Positions 25,092 through 35,098 of a stretch of DNA of 64,000 nucleotides are shown piece by piece. Source of the DNA: a virus; IMG/VR virus record IMGVR_UViG_3300031963_000016, positions 32,001 to 96,000 of that record. One strand, given 5' to 3'. A program made the position numbers and the translations under genes. Below the pieces are notes generated by a model, which saw only the letters and a list, made by a program, of their open reading frames with translations, was not told the DNA's origin and ran no database searches. The stretch's first letter is position 1. Each line of letters starts with the position of its first letter.

Positions 25092-25816
25092 AAAAAACTA
25101 TCTAGACCCTCCAGTTTAACCTCGTTATATTTACTACAGACTGGACAATTAAAATGTAGTTTGTGAGATAATTTGGGCATAGTTTCAAAAAACTTCTGCA
25201 GTTTTTCAAATTGTTCTGCGGTTAGATTATCAATAAACTCTTTAACTTCCGCTTTGGTCTGATCTTTAATAGGATATATTTCGTCATTATCATAGATGTA
25301 ATCCATAGATTCTGCAATTATATCAAAGACTAAACTAGCGTCATTATTTTTAACATTTTGAAACTTTGTTAGAGTTTCTAGTGATGGATATTTCATAACA
25401 ACCCCAACATCATTAAATAAAGGAATTTTATTTGTATGTTCTTTGGATTGTTCTACTTTAATGTCATCAATATTAATTTTTACATTTACTGTTGCTTTTT
25501 TATTTGCCTCTTCGGAACCATGTTCTTCTGGACATTTCAAAACTAACTCAATTTCCTCCCCAACAGATTTTGCTCTAAGCTGAAGAAAAATATATTCCAT
25601 ATCAAATAAAGATAAAGATTCGATATCAATTGTAGAAGTTACAGAAGATTTAATAATACTCTTTAGAGTATCCATCATTACCATAACATTCTCACTCTGT
25701 TGAGCGATTAAAAGTGCTTTTTGCTCTTTTACTAGAAATGGTCTAAATTTGATAGTTTCTTTAGTAGAAGGAACAACTAGATTGTACGTTGGTGTACTAT
25801 TTACTGGTAAAGCCAT
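25088..25816 (-). CDS. gp26: Baseplate hub assembly protein
   Basis: MALP...P.Y.L.VPS....IKFRPFLVKE.K.LL.A..FD.EYIFLQLR.KSVGE..CP.C...LEGL.SFF. Confidence 0.9.
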   Translation of the reverse strand: MALPVNSTPTYNLVVPSTKETIKFRPFLVKEQKALLIAQQSENVMVMMDTLKSIIKSSVTSTIDIESLSLFDMEYIFLQLRAKSVGEEIELVLKCPEEHGSEEANKKATVNVKINIDDIKVEQSKEHTNKIPLFNDVGVVMKYPSLETLTKFQNVKNNDASLVFDIIAESMDYIYDNDEIYPIKDQTKAEVKEFIDNLTAEQFEKLQKFFETMPKLSHKLHFNCPVCSKYNEVKLEGLDSFF

Positions 25817-26232
25817 TATGCATCTCCTTTGGTCATATTCTTAATTAACTTATTCAACTCAGTTGTGCTACCTACAAAGATAGCATTATTTGTAACCTGT
25901 TTAGTCTTATCAGACTTAGATGGTTCGTCTAATTTTTGTTTTTGTGAATGTAAATCTAATAGTTGCTGATTAATGTCAGCTAATTGTTTTATTAAATTTC
26001 CAACAACTTCAAATGCACGAGGATGTTCTGATTGTCTAGCTACCTCAAGAGCACTAGTTAATGCTTCTTGTCCTTGTTGAAGCAATACACGCATATTATT
26101 GCGAGAGACTTCATAGTCGTCATCAATTTTATTATCAGATGGTTTTATAAGATCACCATTTTTAGATATCACTTCAGTTTTGCTGATTGGTTGTATACCA
26201 AATTCAGCGGATAATGTTTCATCAACTTTCAT
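25816..26232 (-). CDS. gp16: Terminase small subunit (cyanomyovirus gp16 type)
   Basis: DDYE.SR..EHPRAFEV..LLDL..TNNAIFVGST.EL.K. Confidence 0.75.
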   Translation of the reverse strand: MKVDETLSAEFGIQPISKTEVISKNGDLIKPSDNKIDDDYEVSRNNMRVLLQQGQEALTSALEVARQSEHPRAFEVVGNLIKQLADINQQLLDLHSQKQKLDEPSKSDKTKQVTNNAIFVGSTTELNKLIKNMTKGDA

Positions 26233-26233
26233 A

Positions 26234-26560
26234 CTATTCCTTTTTACTATTTACATATTTGTCAAATATAGCATTTGCTACCCATGCTCCCATATACCCA
26301 ATAAAATACCACTCTGGAAATGTTGTAGGGTTACTAATGATCAGATATATAAACCCCCATGTACTAATCACCCATGCCCCAAATCTAGTAAATTTTTTCT
26401 CATCTAGTTTTCCGTCACTACTTACTAAATCTTTAATGTCAAACGAATCTTTTGGGTTGCGATGCATCGCAACCATAGTCATAATGACCATTAATATTAA
26501 TAACGCTAATAATAGTGATAGCGTAGTTTTAACTGTAAAGAATGCTATAATTTCTGACAT
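26234..26560 (-). CDS. Three-TM membrane protein, holin candidate
   Basis: Three hydrophobic segments; FDIKDLV..DG..WYFIGYMGAW; charged C-terminus. Confidence 0.5.
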   Translation of the reverse strand: MSEIIAFFTVKTTLSLLLALLILMVIMTMVAMHRNPKDSFDIKDLVSSDGKLDEKKFTRFGAWVISTWGFIYLIISNPTTFPEWYFIGYMGAWVANAIFDKYVNSKKE

Positions 26561-27309
26561 TAGAATTTTAATAGTCCAGGGATTTTGGTAACACCATATG
26601 TTAAAGCAGATCCAGTTATAAAATTACCTGCTGTAGTTCCTAGAGTATTGTTTAGTGTCTCTTGAAAACCAGAAAAATTTTTCATCATTTTTTCATATAA
26701 AGTTAAAGGAACTTTTTGACCATTACTCAATGGAGATTTTGGTTCAGCTGTCCAATATTTGTACTGCATAGTTATAGGTAGTTTCATAACTTCTTTTGAT
26801 GAATGATCAAGATTTATTGCACCTATTGATTTTGGATAACACTCCCATAAAGTCATTTCATAACGAGTATTATCATTAATATCTTGAACTTCAATAACCA
26901 TATTTGTTATATAATTATTGTAATAATTCCAGTTTCTTGTTACTGGATTTTGTACTGTGTCAACCCATCTATCGAATAACTCTTTTACTTTTAGATCCAA
27001 ATCTACATAAAAGGTCATATTTACCGCATCATAGAGTTTTTCATATGGAACTTCACGAAATTCGCCATATGTTCTATTTTGAATAGTTGAGAAATTAGTT
27101 CCAGGAAGTTGGATAGTATCGCAAAATAATAAAACTTTTCGCAGTGCTTGTGGATTTACACCAGCAGGAGGAGTGAATAATACAGCAAAACGATTTTGTC
27201 TTGATAATGCTCCACTTTTTACTTGAGCAACGAAATCTCCTATGCTTCCAGGTTTAGCACTTCCACCTCTAGAAGAGTTTTGTGTTAAGAATGGTAAATT
27301 TAATGCCAT
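26560..27309 (-). CDS. Tail tube / baseplate-tube initiator (gp19/gp54 family)
   Basis: NRFAV..CDTIQLPG..FYVD..FD.W..CYP.SIGAI.L..ITMQYKYW. Confidence 0.75.
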   Translation of the reverse strand: MALNLPFLTQNSSRGGSAKPGSIGDFVAQVKSGALSRQNRFAVLFTPPAGVNPQALRKVLLFCDTIQLPGTNFSTIQNRTYGEFREVPYEKLYDAVNMTFYVDLDLKVKELFDRWVDTVQNPVTRNWNYYNNYITNMVIEVQDINDNTRYEMTLWECYPKSIGAINLDHSSKEVMKLPITMQYKYWTAEPKSPLSNGQKVPLTLYEKMMKNFSGFQETLNNTLGTTAGNFITGSALTYGVTKIPGLLKF

Positions 27310-27310
27310 T

Positions 27311-27913
27311 TTAGTTCTTTCTTATAATTTTTTTAGAATCTGCCCAAACCTCTTGTTTTGACGCACCTACAAATCGTTCAACAGGTAATAACATTGCAGT
27401 TGCCCAGTCATTTGAATGTACTTGTCTAAATTGCGTTCTAACATGACTGGTAAGATATTGTTTTACACATGGTTTTGCTGCTTGATATTTTGATATGCCA
27501 TTAATTAGTTGCCATGAATATTTAATTCTAGTAGTTTCATCATATCTTGTGTTGCTAGCAAATGTTAATAAACTATCTAATAACCCAATTCTTAATGGGT
27601 ATGGTAAATAGTGCATATTTAATCCATAAAATCCATCTGAAGATTTACGAAAAGGAAATACTAGAGGAAACCTGTCATAGTATGGAAGATCTTCTTTAGT
27701 TTTAGGATCATAACCAAACATATACAAATGTCCAGGCATAATTCTAGTAACTAACTGTTCTGGATTACCATTTAACACTCTTTGTGGAGTGAGTTGCTGC
27801 CTAGTCATCAAAAGGACTTGTTGTTCAAACCAAGCACGACTTTTTCTAACCGAGGTTAAAAGGTCATACTTGTTTCTCTCGAATACGTCGATCATAGTTG
27901 GTTTTTTAGCCAT
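27311..27913 (-). CDS. gp2: DNA end protector protein
   Basis: G..YMF.YDPKTK..LPYYDRFPLV..F.GLN.HYLP..R. Confidence 0.9.
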   Translation of the reverse strand: MAKKPTMIDVFERNKYDLLTSVRKSRAWFEQQVLLMTRQQLTPQRVLNGNPEQLVTRIMPGHLYMFGYDPKTKEDLPYYDRFPLVFPFRKSSDGFYGLNMHYLPYPLRIGLLDSLLTFASNTRYDETTRIKYSWQLINGISKYQAAKPCVKQYLTSHVRTQFRQVHSNDWATAMLLPVERFVGASKQEVWADSKKIIRKN

Positions 27914-27918
27914 AAATA

Positions 27919-28350
27919 TTATTTAGGTGTTAACCCTAACTCCTGTTCAGTAATAATTTTAAATTCCCAACCTCGATCTTTACAATACATTTTAGCTGCT
28001 TCCCATTTAGCCTGATTTTTAATAAAGATTAAAGATTCAGTTAAGTATCTTTTTGTTCTTTTTCCAGGATATTCTGGAGGAATTGTTTGGGATTTGGGTT
28101 TTACTTCTACAAGATAAGTTTTACCGTTATTAATTATAATTTTAAAATCAACAAAATAGCGATGTATTAAATTATCTGTGGGACAGCGATAAGGAATAAT
28201 CGTTTCTTCAGAACTCCATTTTATAATAGATGGGTTTTTATCACACCAATTGGCGAACATGGTTTCCCATGAACTTCTCATAATAATATTTGTGTGATCT
28301 CCTGTGTATTTTTCAGGAAATAATGGAGTAAACTTTCTTTTATGGAACAT
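27919..28350 (-). CDS. gp4: Head completion nuclease
   Basis: KYTGD..RSSWE..WCD.NP..KWSSEE..IPY..HRYFVDF..EVKP. Confidence 0.9.
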   Translation of the reverse strand: MFHKRKFTPLFPEKYTGDHTNIIMRSSWETMFANWCDKNPSIIKWSSEETIIPYRCPTDNLIHRYFVDFKIIINNGKTYLVEVKPKSQTIPPEYPGKRTKRYLTESLIFIKNQAKWEAAKMYCKDRGWEFKIITEQELGLTPK

Positions 28351-28388
28351 AAATAACTAATTAGAGGTAATATTCACCTTTATTTATT
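28348..28388. promoter_or_regulatory. Back-to-back late-promoter-like boxes between gp4 and gp48
   Basis: CATAAATA (+, 28348-28355) and AATAAATA (-, 28381-28388); also CTAAATA on - strand at 27920-27926. Confidence 0.45.
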
Positions 28389-28401
28389 CTAAAGGCATCA
28401 A

Positions 28402-29508
28402 ATGGCAGAACAAGCAGACCTTCGTAAATTTGAACAAAGACAGGAACAAAAAGCCAATCTCTATACCCCAAGAGGTGGTCCAAGCACATTTAGAAGTGGG
28501 GGATCTGATGGCTATAATGTTGAATCATTTTCTTATCCAGATGATTTATTTTCTGCGAAAGGAACGTATGGTGGAAACTATGTAGTATTTTACATTAACG
28601 TCGGAACCGATTCTAAACTAGCAAAATCCTTACCTGAAAACGAGTTTGTCAATGATTTAACTCCTAGAGATCGTGGAGATCTAATTGCACAGAACCTTTC
28701 TAAAGATAGACTAGTTGCGGCTCAGGGAACTGTTAACACAATAACTGGCATAGTCGGAGGAAGTATTGCTTTTGGTAATGTAGCTGGTGCACTCAAGGGA
28801 ACCGCTATAGCAAATATACCAACAGTAGGTCTTGCGGTGACTGCTACTCTCGCCCCAGATGCGACAAGATCTCAAAAACGCTTAAAAACTGCAATCGCTA
28901 TGCATGTCCCAAATCAATTACAAATTCGTTACGGAATGCAATGGTCAGAAGAAGATACTACATCATTATCGATAGCTGCTGAAGGTATAGATGAAGTTAT
29001 GAAAGCACTTGACAGTAAAGGTAAAGACAGTGATGTTAAGGGTGTTGGTGCAGCTATTATTGCTAATTTAACTTTAGGCAAAACACCTGGTGCTTCTGCT
29101 GCTCTGGGATTGGCAGCAAATCCTAAAAAGGAACAAGTTTTTAAAGGTGTAGATTTTAGAACATTTCAATTCGACTATCAATTTTTTCCAAGAAGTTCTC
29201 AAGAAGCAAAAAATGTATTAAACATTATACAGCAATTTAAATATCATATGCATCCAGAATTTAAGGATGAGTATAATTTTGTATATATGTATCCTTCTGA
29301 ATTCGATATTCTTTATTATAATAATGGTGTGGAAAATTTAAAACTACATAGACACACCTCATGTGTTTTAACAGAGCTAAATGTAAACTATACACCAAAC
29401 GGAACATTTACTACATTTGAAGATGGAATGCCAACTCAAATTAATGTAACAATGAATTTCCGTGAACTTGCTCTTCTAACAAAAGATAAAGTGAAGGATG
29501 GTCTATAA
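28402..29508 (+). CDS. gp48: Baseplate tail-tube cap
   Basis: NP..EQVFKG..FR.F.FDY.F.P.S..EA..I..FK..MHP..YP.EFDI..CVLT...VNYTP. Confidence 0.88.
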   Translation: MAEQADLRKFEQRQEQKANLYTPRGGPSTFRSGGSDGYNVESFSYPDDLFSAKGTYGGNYVVFYINVGTDSKLAKSLPENEFVNDLTPRDRGDLIAQNLSKDRLVAAQGTVNTITGIVGGSIAFGNVAGALKGTAIANIPTVGLAVTATLAPDATRSQKRLKTAIAMHVPNQLQIRYGMQWSEEDTTSLSIAAEGIDEVMKALDSKGKDSDVKGVGAAIIANLTLGKTPGASAALGLAANPKKEQVFKGVDFRTFQFDYQFFPRSSQEAKNVLNIIQQFKYHMHPEFKDEYNFVYMYPSEFDILYYNNGVENLKLHRHTSCVLTELNVNYTPNGTFTTFEDGMPTQINVTMNFRELALLTKDKVKDGL

Positions 29509-29999
29509 TGTATTTTAAAGAATTTCCTGATTTTCTTTACGACTTTAGATATGGAACTAAGTTAAAAACTTCTATTGTTAAAGATATTACAAGAAATGTT
29601 CGTTTTCGTAAAGAAATTTTATCAAATATAACATTGTATGATGAATATGATATAATTGATGGGGAAACACCAGAAATTATAGCAGAAAAGATCTATGGAA
29701 ATGCAGAATATCATTGGATAATTATGCTTTGCAACGACAAATATGATTATCTTACAGATTTTCCATTAGAGGAATATGCTCTTGTTAAACATATTGAAAC
29801 AAAATATGGAACTACTGCAAATAACATTAAACATTATGTAGATGAAAGAGGATTTATAGTTAATTCAAATTATCCAGGTGCAGTGCCTATAACTAATGCA
29901 TCTTATGAACGAGATTTAAATGAAAAGAAAAGAAGAATAAAGATAGTATCTCCACAGATAATTAATGCTATTATTAAGAATTTTGAAGAATTGTTATAA
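29508..29999 (+). CDS. gp53: Baseplate wedge protein
   Basis: MYF..FP..Y.I.DGETPE.IA...YG....HWIIML.N..D.P..E...NE.KR.I. Confidence 0.88.
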   Translation: MYFKEFPDFLYDFRYGTKLKTSIVKDITRNVRFRKEILSNITLYDEYDIIDGETPEIIAEKIYGNAEYHWIIMLCNDKYDYLTDFPLEEYALVKHIETKYGTTANNIKHYVDERGFIVNSNYPGAVPITNASYERDLNEKKRRIKIVSPQIINAIIKNFEELL

Positions 30000-31279
30000 T
30001 GAAGGCTGTTTCTAAATTAAGATTTGCTGGTGATGTCAGCATTGATAAGGTTAAAATAGTAACCTTAAAGGGATTCACACAAGATATCGCTGCTCAGGTT
30101 ATTAATATTCAAATATATGAAGATTTATTCTCACCATTTATGAGTGGAAGTTTAATCATTAAAGATGCTTTAGATTTAGTTAATTTATTTCCATTTATTG
30201 GTGAAGAATTTGTAGAATTAGATATATCTACGCCAACTCTAAAAAAGACTAAAAATATAAAAGGGACATTTTATATTTACAAATTATCTAATCGTGAAAT
30301 AGTTGGAGATCGTTCCGTAGTTTATCAACTACATTTTGTGTCAAAAGAAGCCATTGTAGATTTAAATAAAAAAATTAGTAGAGTTTTTGGTAATAAAGTT
30401 TCTGAATTAGTAGAACCATTTCTAAAAGATAAAACAATAGGATTAGAAAGCGATAAACAGGTTTTTATAGAACCAACAATTAATAATACAAAATATATTT
30501 CAAATTTTTGGTCTCCTGTTAAAAATATTATGCATTTAGTTGCTTCTGCTTCCAATTTAAATAAAACTCCAAATTATGTATTTTTTGAAAATAGAGATGG
30601 ATTTTATTTTATAAGTTTAGACAGTTTATATGGAGCAAATCCTTACCAAGAATTTACATATGACAAATATACTAGAGATAAATTACCACAAGGTGGCGAT
30701 GCTAGAAACATACCAGAAGATTATAAAAGAATTAAAGAAATAAGCATTCCTGTAGGATTTGACTATATGGATAGAATTTCTTCAGGTATGTTATCTTCTA
30801 AAATTATCTCATACGATGTTACAACTAAAAAATATACAACTAGAAACTATAATATGTTTCAAAGATTTAATGAACAAAAACATTTAAATAAATTTCCTGT
30901 AAATTCAGATAGAGCTGTTTTTCGTTCTAATTCTTTTCATATAAGATATCCAAAATATTATGGTAATTTTAATGCATTTGGTGATGTAACAAATCAAAAA
31001 ACTATTCAAGAAAGACTCTCACTAATTAAATTAGCAGAGGCAAATAAATTACAAATAACTGTTCCTGGAAGAACTGATTATACAGTAGGACAAAAGGTAG
31101 CTATAGTTTTAAATAAAATGGAACCAATAACTCCAAGAGATAAAAATACTACAGATAAAATGTTTTCTGGATTTTATTTAATTTCTGCTGTTAATCATTA
31201 CATTGATAGAGAAAAACATGAATGTATTATGGAAGTTATAAAAGAATCTTCGCAGATGGATATGAACAAAGGAAAATAA
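29999..31279 (+). CDS. Baseplate hub / tail protein (gp27-like)
   Basis: IYEDLFSPFMSGSL.I.D..F.F.ENRDGF.F.S..VPG....VG..G.YLI..V.H; position before gp5. Confidence 0.7.
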   Translation: MKAVSKLRFAGDVSIDKVKIVTLKGFTQDIAAQVINIQIYEDLFSPFMSGSLIIKDALDLVNLFPFIGEEFVELDISTPTLKKTKNIKGTFYIYKLSNREIVGDRSVVYQLHFVSKEAIVDLNKKISRVFGNKVSELVEPFLKDKTIGLESDKQVFIEPTINNTKYISNFWSPVKNIMHLVASASNLNKTPNYVFFENRDGFYFISLDSLYGANPYQEFTYDKYTRDKLPQGGDARNIPEDYKRIKEISIPVGFDYMDRISSGMLSSKIISYDVTTKKYTTRNYNMFQRFNEQKHLNKFPVNSDRAVFRSNSFHIRYPKYYGNFNAFGDVTNQKTIQERLSLIKLAEANKLQITVPGRTDYTVGQKVAIVLNKMEPITPRDKNTTDKMFSGFYLISAVNHYIDREKHECIMEVIKESSQMDMNKGK

Positions 31280-34200
31280 TGAATTTTTATTATGGTATCG
31301 TAGAAAATAGACAAGATCCTTTAAAACTTGGTAGATGTCAAGTAAGGATAGTTGGTCTGCACACGCATGATAAATCTCAACTTCCAACAGAAGAATTACC
31401 ATGGTCTGTTCCTATACAACCAGTAGTTTCTGCAGCAATGAACGGGATTGGATTTTCTCCAGTTGGACCAGTTGAAGGAACTTCTGTTATCATTATATTT
31501 GCAGATGAAGATCAACAACAACCAATTATTCTTGGAACTGTTGGTGGTATTTCTACTACACCTGGATCTATAGATGTTGATGATGATGCAGGAATATTAC
31601 CTTCTGTAAAAACTAGTGATATTAAATTAAGAACTATTCCTGGACCAGTTAATGGAACTGTTATCACGTTTTATGATCCAGATGGCGAGGTAACAAATTT
31701 TACTGGTAATTTAAGACCTAATATGTACGTTTATGGATTTGGTATTCCAGATGGTGCCACTATTGTTTCCATAAATGGAAGAGATAAAATTACAATTAGT
31801 AAGCCAGTAAATGCCTTTGGCGAAAATATACTCACATTTGGAGATCCACCATCTAATTTAAATGCTGTAACACAAAGCAAGTTACAGGGAGTATTGGTTG
31901 ATGGTTCTGGTAATCCTGTGTTATCTGGTAGTGGTCAGCCAGTAACTACGGGAAGCGCATCGCCAACTCCAGTTCAATCTACAGTTGTAAATGATTCTAT
32001 TCCAACTATACCTCCTCCAAAATCTACGTCAAATCCATCAAAAGCATCTGCTGGTATAAAAGCATTAATTGCTGCTTGTGATAAAGTTGGATTAACAACT
32101 AAAGAACAAAAATGTGCATTATTGGGTATTGCAGGTGGAGAAACTGGATGGATCCCACAGTTAGAATCTTATAACTATTCTCCCCAAAGATTAAAACAAA
32201 TATATTCTTTTGCGACAGAAGCAGATATTCAAAAATATTCAAATGCTGCAAAAAAAGGTATGACAAGAGAAGAGTTTTTCTCTTGGGCATATGGACCAAC
32301 TAAACGTGGTAAAAATTTCTTAGGTAACCAAACAGATGCAGATGGTGGAAAATATTTTGGTCGTGGATTTATTCAATTAACAGGTAAGGCTAACTATCAG
32401 CGTTATCAAAATCTTGCTAATGCTACAGGGTTATCTCTTGATATCGTTAATAATCCAGATTCATTAGATAACGATATTAATGTATCTGCATTAGTAGCTG
32501 CTCTTTATATTAAGGACAGAACTCCAGCTGGTGTTAATCCAAAATCAAATCCAGATTACTTTTATGCTGCAAAAAATGCAGTTGGAGTAAACTCTCCAGA
32601 TATAGCAGCTAGAAAGTTATCATATTATGAATATTTTTATGGTTATAAAGCATCTGGTTCAGTAGAAAAAGATGCTGGTGCTCCATTACCAGAACCACCA
32701 CGAGATCCTGCTGCTGCTGCAAAACCTGGTCCATCTGAAAAGAGTAAAACTACTGGATCCAATACAATTGGATTTAGAGATCCAAATAACAAGTATCCTT
32801 TAAATGAATATTTAAATGAGCCAGATACAAATCGTTTAGCACGTGGTATAATTGAAGGCACTATTATTAAAAAGAAAGATGCTAGTCGAAAATTAACTAT
32901 ACCAAAAGCAATTAGAAATGGAAAGTGGGATCAACCGCTTTCTACATATGGTGCAAAATACCCACTTAATCGTGTTTATGAAACAGAGTCTGGTCATATA
33001 CAAGAATTTGATGACACTCCTGGACAAGAGAGAATTCATACATATCATCGCTCTGGAACATTTACAGAAATAGATCCACAAGGAACTCAAGTTAATTATA
33101 TTGTTGGTGATAATTTTGTTATAATGGAAAGAAATGGTTGCATTAGTGTCAACGGAGAATGTAATATAACAGTTGAGGGTAATACTAATATATTTGCTAG
33201 ATCTGATGCTAATATACAAGTTTCTAATAATGCAAGCATTGAGGTGGGCAACAATGTTGAAATGAGAGTGTTTAATGATATTGATGTTGTAGCTGGAAGA
33301 AATATCAACTACAAAGCAGTTGGTGATTTTAATTTACAAGCACAAAATATTAACATCCAAACGCTACAAAACTTTAATCTTTTAGTTGGAGATGCAACTA
33401 AAATTACATCTTCAAATACTATGGATTTGAAGAGTGGCGGAGTTTTACAGGTTGATTATTCTGCTGGTTATTTTGGTAGTGGCGCAACATCTGCCTCTGT
33501 AGAAGACATACAACTAACTGCTCCTGAAAAGGGGCAACCAATTAACCCTGTAGTTCCATTTTTGATTCCTCCTGAAAGATCTGTTGAAGATAAAGCAGTC
33601 GCTGAAACACCAGAAGACTCTGACACACCAGAAGGAAGACTACATAAAAATGAACAAATTAAAAAAGATGGTGATACTGCAGTTGTTCCAACTCCACCTG
33701 TAGTAGTAGAATCTGCTCCAACTACTGGCGGAAAAGATATTAAAGTTCCTGTAAACTGTCAAGAAATATATGCAACTAAATCATATAGCGATGACTATAG
33801 AATGTCTAAAAACTTTACACTTGGAATGTTAATATCAGGTGGTGTTAACGGAAAACATAGACTTGTTGACCAGATGTTAAGTGTTTCTAAAAACTCAGCA
33901 CCAAGATTGTATACTGTTCAAGAAATATTATGTAATCTAGCAACTACCACGCAGAATATACTTGAACCACTTTTAGAAGTATTCCCAGGTGGCATAGGTG
34001 GATATAAGAGATTATGGACTATTACTTCTGGATATAGATTGAAAGGAATAACCCCTAATGAATCTCCTGTCTCTAGTCACTGTAAAGGTCTAGCATTTGA
34101 TTTAGCAATTATTGGACAAAATAAACCACAAGATCATTATGATTTTATACGTAAAGCAGAACCTGTAATACCGTATGATCAACTTATTTTAGAATATCAA

Positions 34201-34338
34201 TATGCTAATGTGGTGTGGGTACATGTTGGATATGATTTAAAAACTAGAAGAAAACAAGCATTTACTATGGTAAATCACAAGTTTGAGGGTATTAATGGAT
34301 TTAAATTGTTAAATGAGATTCCAAGACCGAGCAAATAA
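31279..34338 (+). CDS. gp5: Baseplate hub spike with GH19-like and peptidase M15 domains
   Basis: G.VE.RQDPL.LGRCQVRI.GLH OB-fold; GRGFIQLTGKANY; ETESGHI.EFDDTPG.ERIH.YH.SG; ITSGYR..SSH.KG.AFD..WVHV. Confidence 0.92.
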   Translation: MNFYYGIVENRQDPLKLGRCQVRIVGLHTHDKSQLPTEELPWSVPIQPVVSAAMNGIGFSPVGPVEGTSVIIIFADEDQQQPIILGTVGGISTTPGSIDVDDDAGILPSVKTSDIKLRTIPGPVNGTVITFYDPDGEVTNFTGNLRPNMYVYGFGIPDGATIVSINGRDKITISKPVNAFGENILTFGDPPSNLNAVTQSKLQGVLVDGSGNPVLSGSGQPVTTGSASPTPVQSTVVNDSIPTIPPPKSTSNPSKASAGIKALIAACDKVGLTTKEQKCALLGIAGGETGWIPQLESYNYSPQRLKQIYSFATEADIQKYSNAAKKGMTREEFFSWAYGPTKRGKNFLGNQTDADGGKYFGRGFIQLTGKANYQRYQNLANATGLSLDIVNNPDSLDNDINVSALVAALYIKDRTPAGVNPKSNPDYFYAAKNAVGVNSPDIAARKLSYYEYFYGYKASGSVEKDAGAPLPEPPRDPAAAAKPGPSEKSKTTGSNTIGFRDPNNKYPLNEYLNEPDTNRLARGIIEGTIIKKKDASRKLTIPKAIRNGKWDQPLSTYGAKYPLNRVYETESGHIQEFDDTPGQERIHTYHRSGTFTEIDPQGTQVNYIVGDNFVIMERNGCISVNGECNITVEGNTNIFARSDANIQVSNNASIEVGNNVEMRVFNDIDVVAGRNINYKAVGDFNLQAQNINIQTLQNFNLLVGDATKITSSNTMDLKSGGVLQVDYSAGYFGSGATSASVEDIQLTAPEKGQPINPVVPFLIPPERSVEDKAVAETPEDSDTPEGRLHKNEQIKKDGDTAVVPTPPVVVESAPTTGGKDIKVPVNCQEIYATKSYSDDYRMSKNFTLGMLISGGVNGKHRLVDQMLSVSKNSAPRLYTVQEILCNLATTTQNILEPLLEVFPGGIGGYKRLWTITSGYRLKGITPNESPVSSHCKGLAFDLAIIGQNKPQDHYDFIRKAEPVIPYDQLILEYQYANVVWVHVGYDLKTRRKQAFTMVNHKFEGINGFKLLNEIPRPSK

Positions 34339-34340
34339 AT

Positions 34341-34778
34341 ATGTGGACTCCAGAATTAGAAGAACTTGGTTCTATACAAGAAAATATAAATTTTTCTCAT
34401 GAGATTACTTACGTAGATGAATTAACACTAAATCCATTATCAGTAACTATTACGCCAAATGATGTTAATTCATCAGTAGTTGTTTCTTCTAATATTATAT
34501 CTGGTAAATATACAGATTCTTTTAGTGGGACAGTTTCATTTAGAACAACAGATAATAATTTTAAAACAGTTTCTAAATTTTCGCAAATTAATAAAGCTGA
34601 ACTTTCTCAGATTATTTCTTTTCGACCAAGTGTTCAAGAATATAAAATATATTCATATACTGCTGTAGCAAAAAATGGAAATATAGTTGTATCTACTAAA
34701 AATTATATAAAAACTGTAGTAAATGATTGGGATACAGGAAGACTAACTTTAATAGAATATGTAGGATATACAAGATAA
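34341..34778 (+). CDS. Hypothetical structural protein
   Basis: Between gp5 and PAAR; TAATG overlap. Confidence 0.65.
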   Translation: MWTPELEELGSIQENINFSHEITYVDELTLNPLSVTITPNDVNSSVVVSSNIISGKYTDSFSGTVSFRTTDNNFKTVSKFSQINKAELSQIISFRPSVQEYKIYSYTAVAKNGNIVVSTKNYIKTVVNDWDTGRLTLIEYVGYTR

Positions 34779-35083
34779 TGCCTGCAGTAATTAGACTTGG
34801 AGATATGTCAACTGGACATGGATGTTTTCCTCCTACAAACTTAGTAGAGACTCATGTTCAAAAGACTTTTGTTAATAAAATAAAACCAGGCTGTATAACT
34901 GGCGGAGGATCAAAATATGTAACACATTGTTGTGGTCCAACCTGCCATCCTACCTCTAATAGATTTCCTAGTAGCGGAGCTGCTAAAACATATATTGAGG
35001 GAATATTAGCTGCCAGAATAGGGGATCCGATCGCTTGTGGGGATGCTTGTGCAGAAGGTTCTTACAATACGTTTATAGAATAA
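34778..35083 (+). CDS. PAAR spike-tip protein (gp5.4-like)
   Basis: MPA..RLGD..TGHGCFPP..H.C..AAR.GD...CG. Confidence 0.88.
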   Translation: MPAVIRLGDMSTGHGCFPPTNLVETHVQKTFVNKIKPGCITGGGSKYVTHCCGPTCHPTSNRFPSSGAAKTYIEGILAARIGDPIACGDACAEGSYNTFIE

Positions 35084-35085
35084 AC

Positions 35086-35092
35086 CTAAATA
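35086..35092 (+). promoter_or_regulatory. Late promoter variant
   Basis: CTAAATA before gp25. Confidence 0.5.
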
Positions 35093-35098
35093 ATCAAT

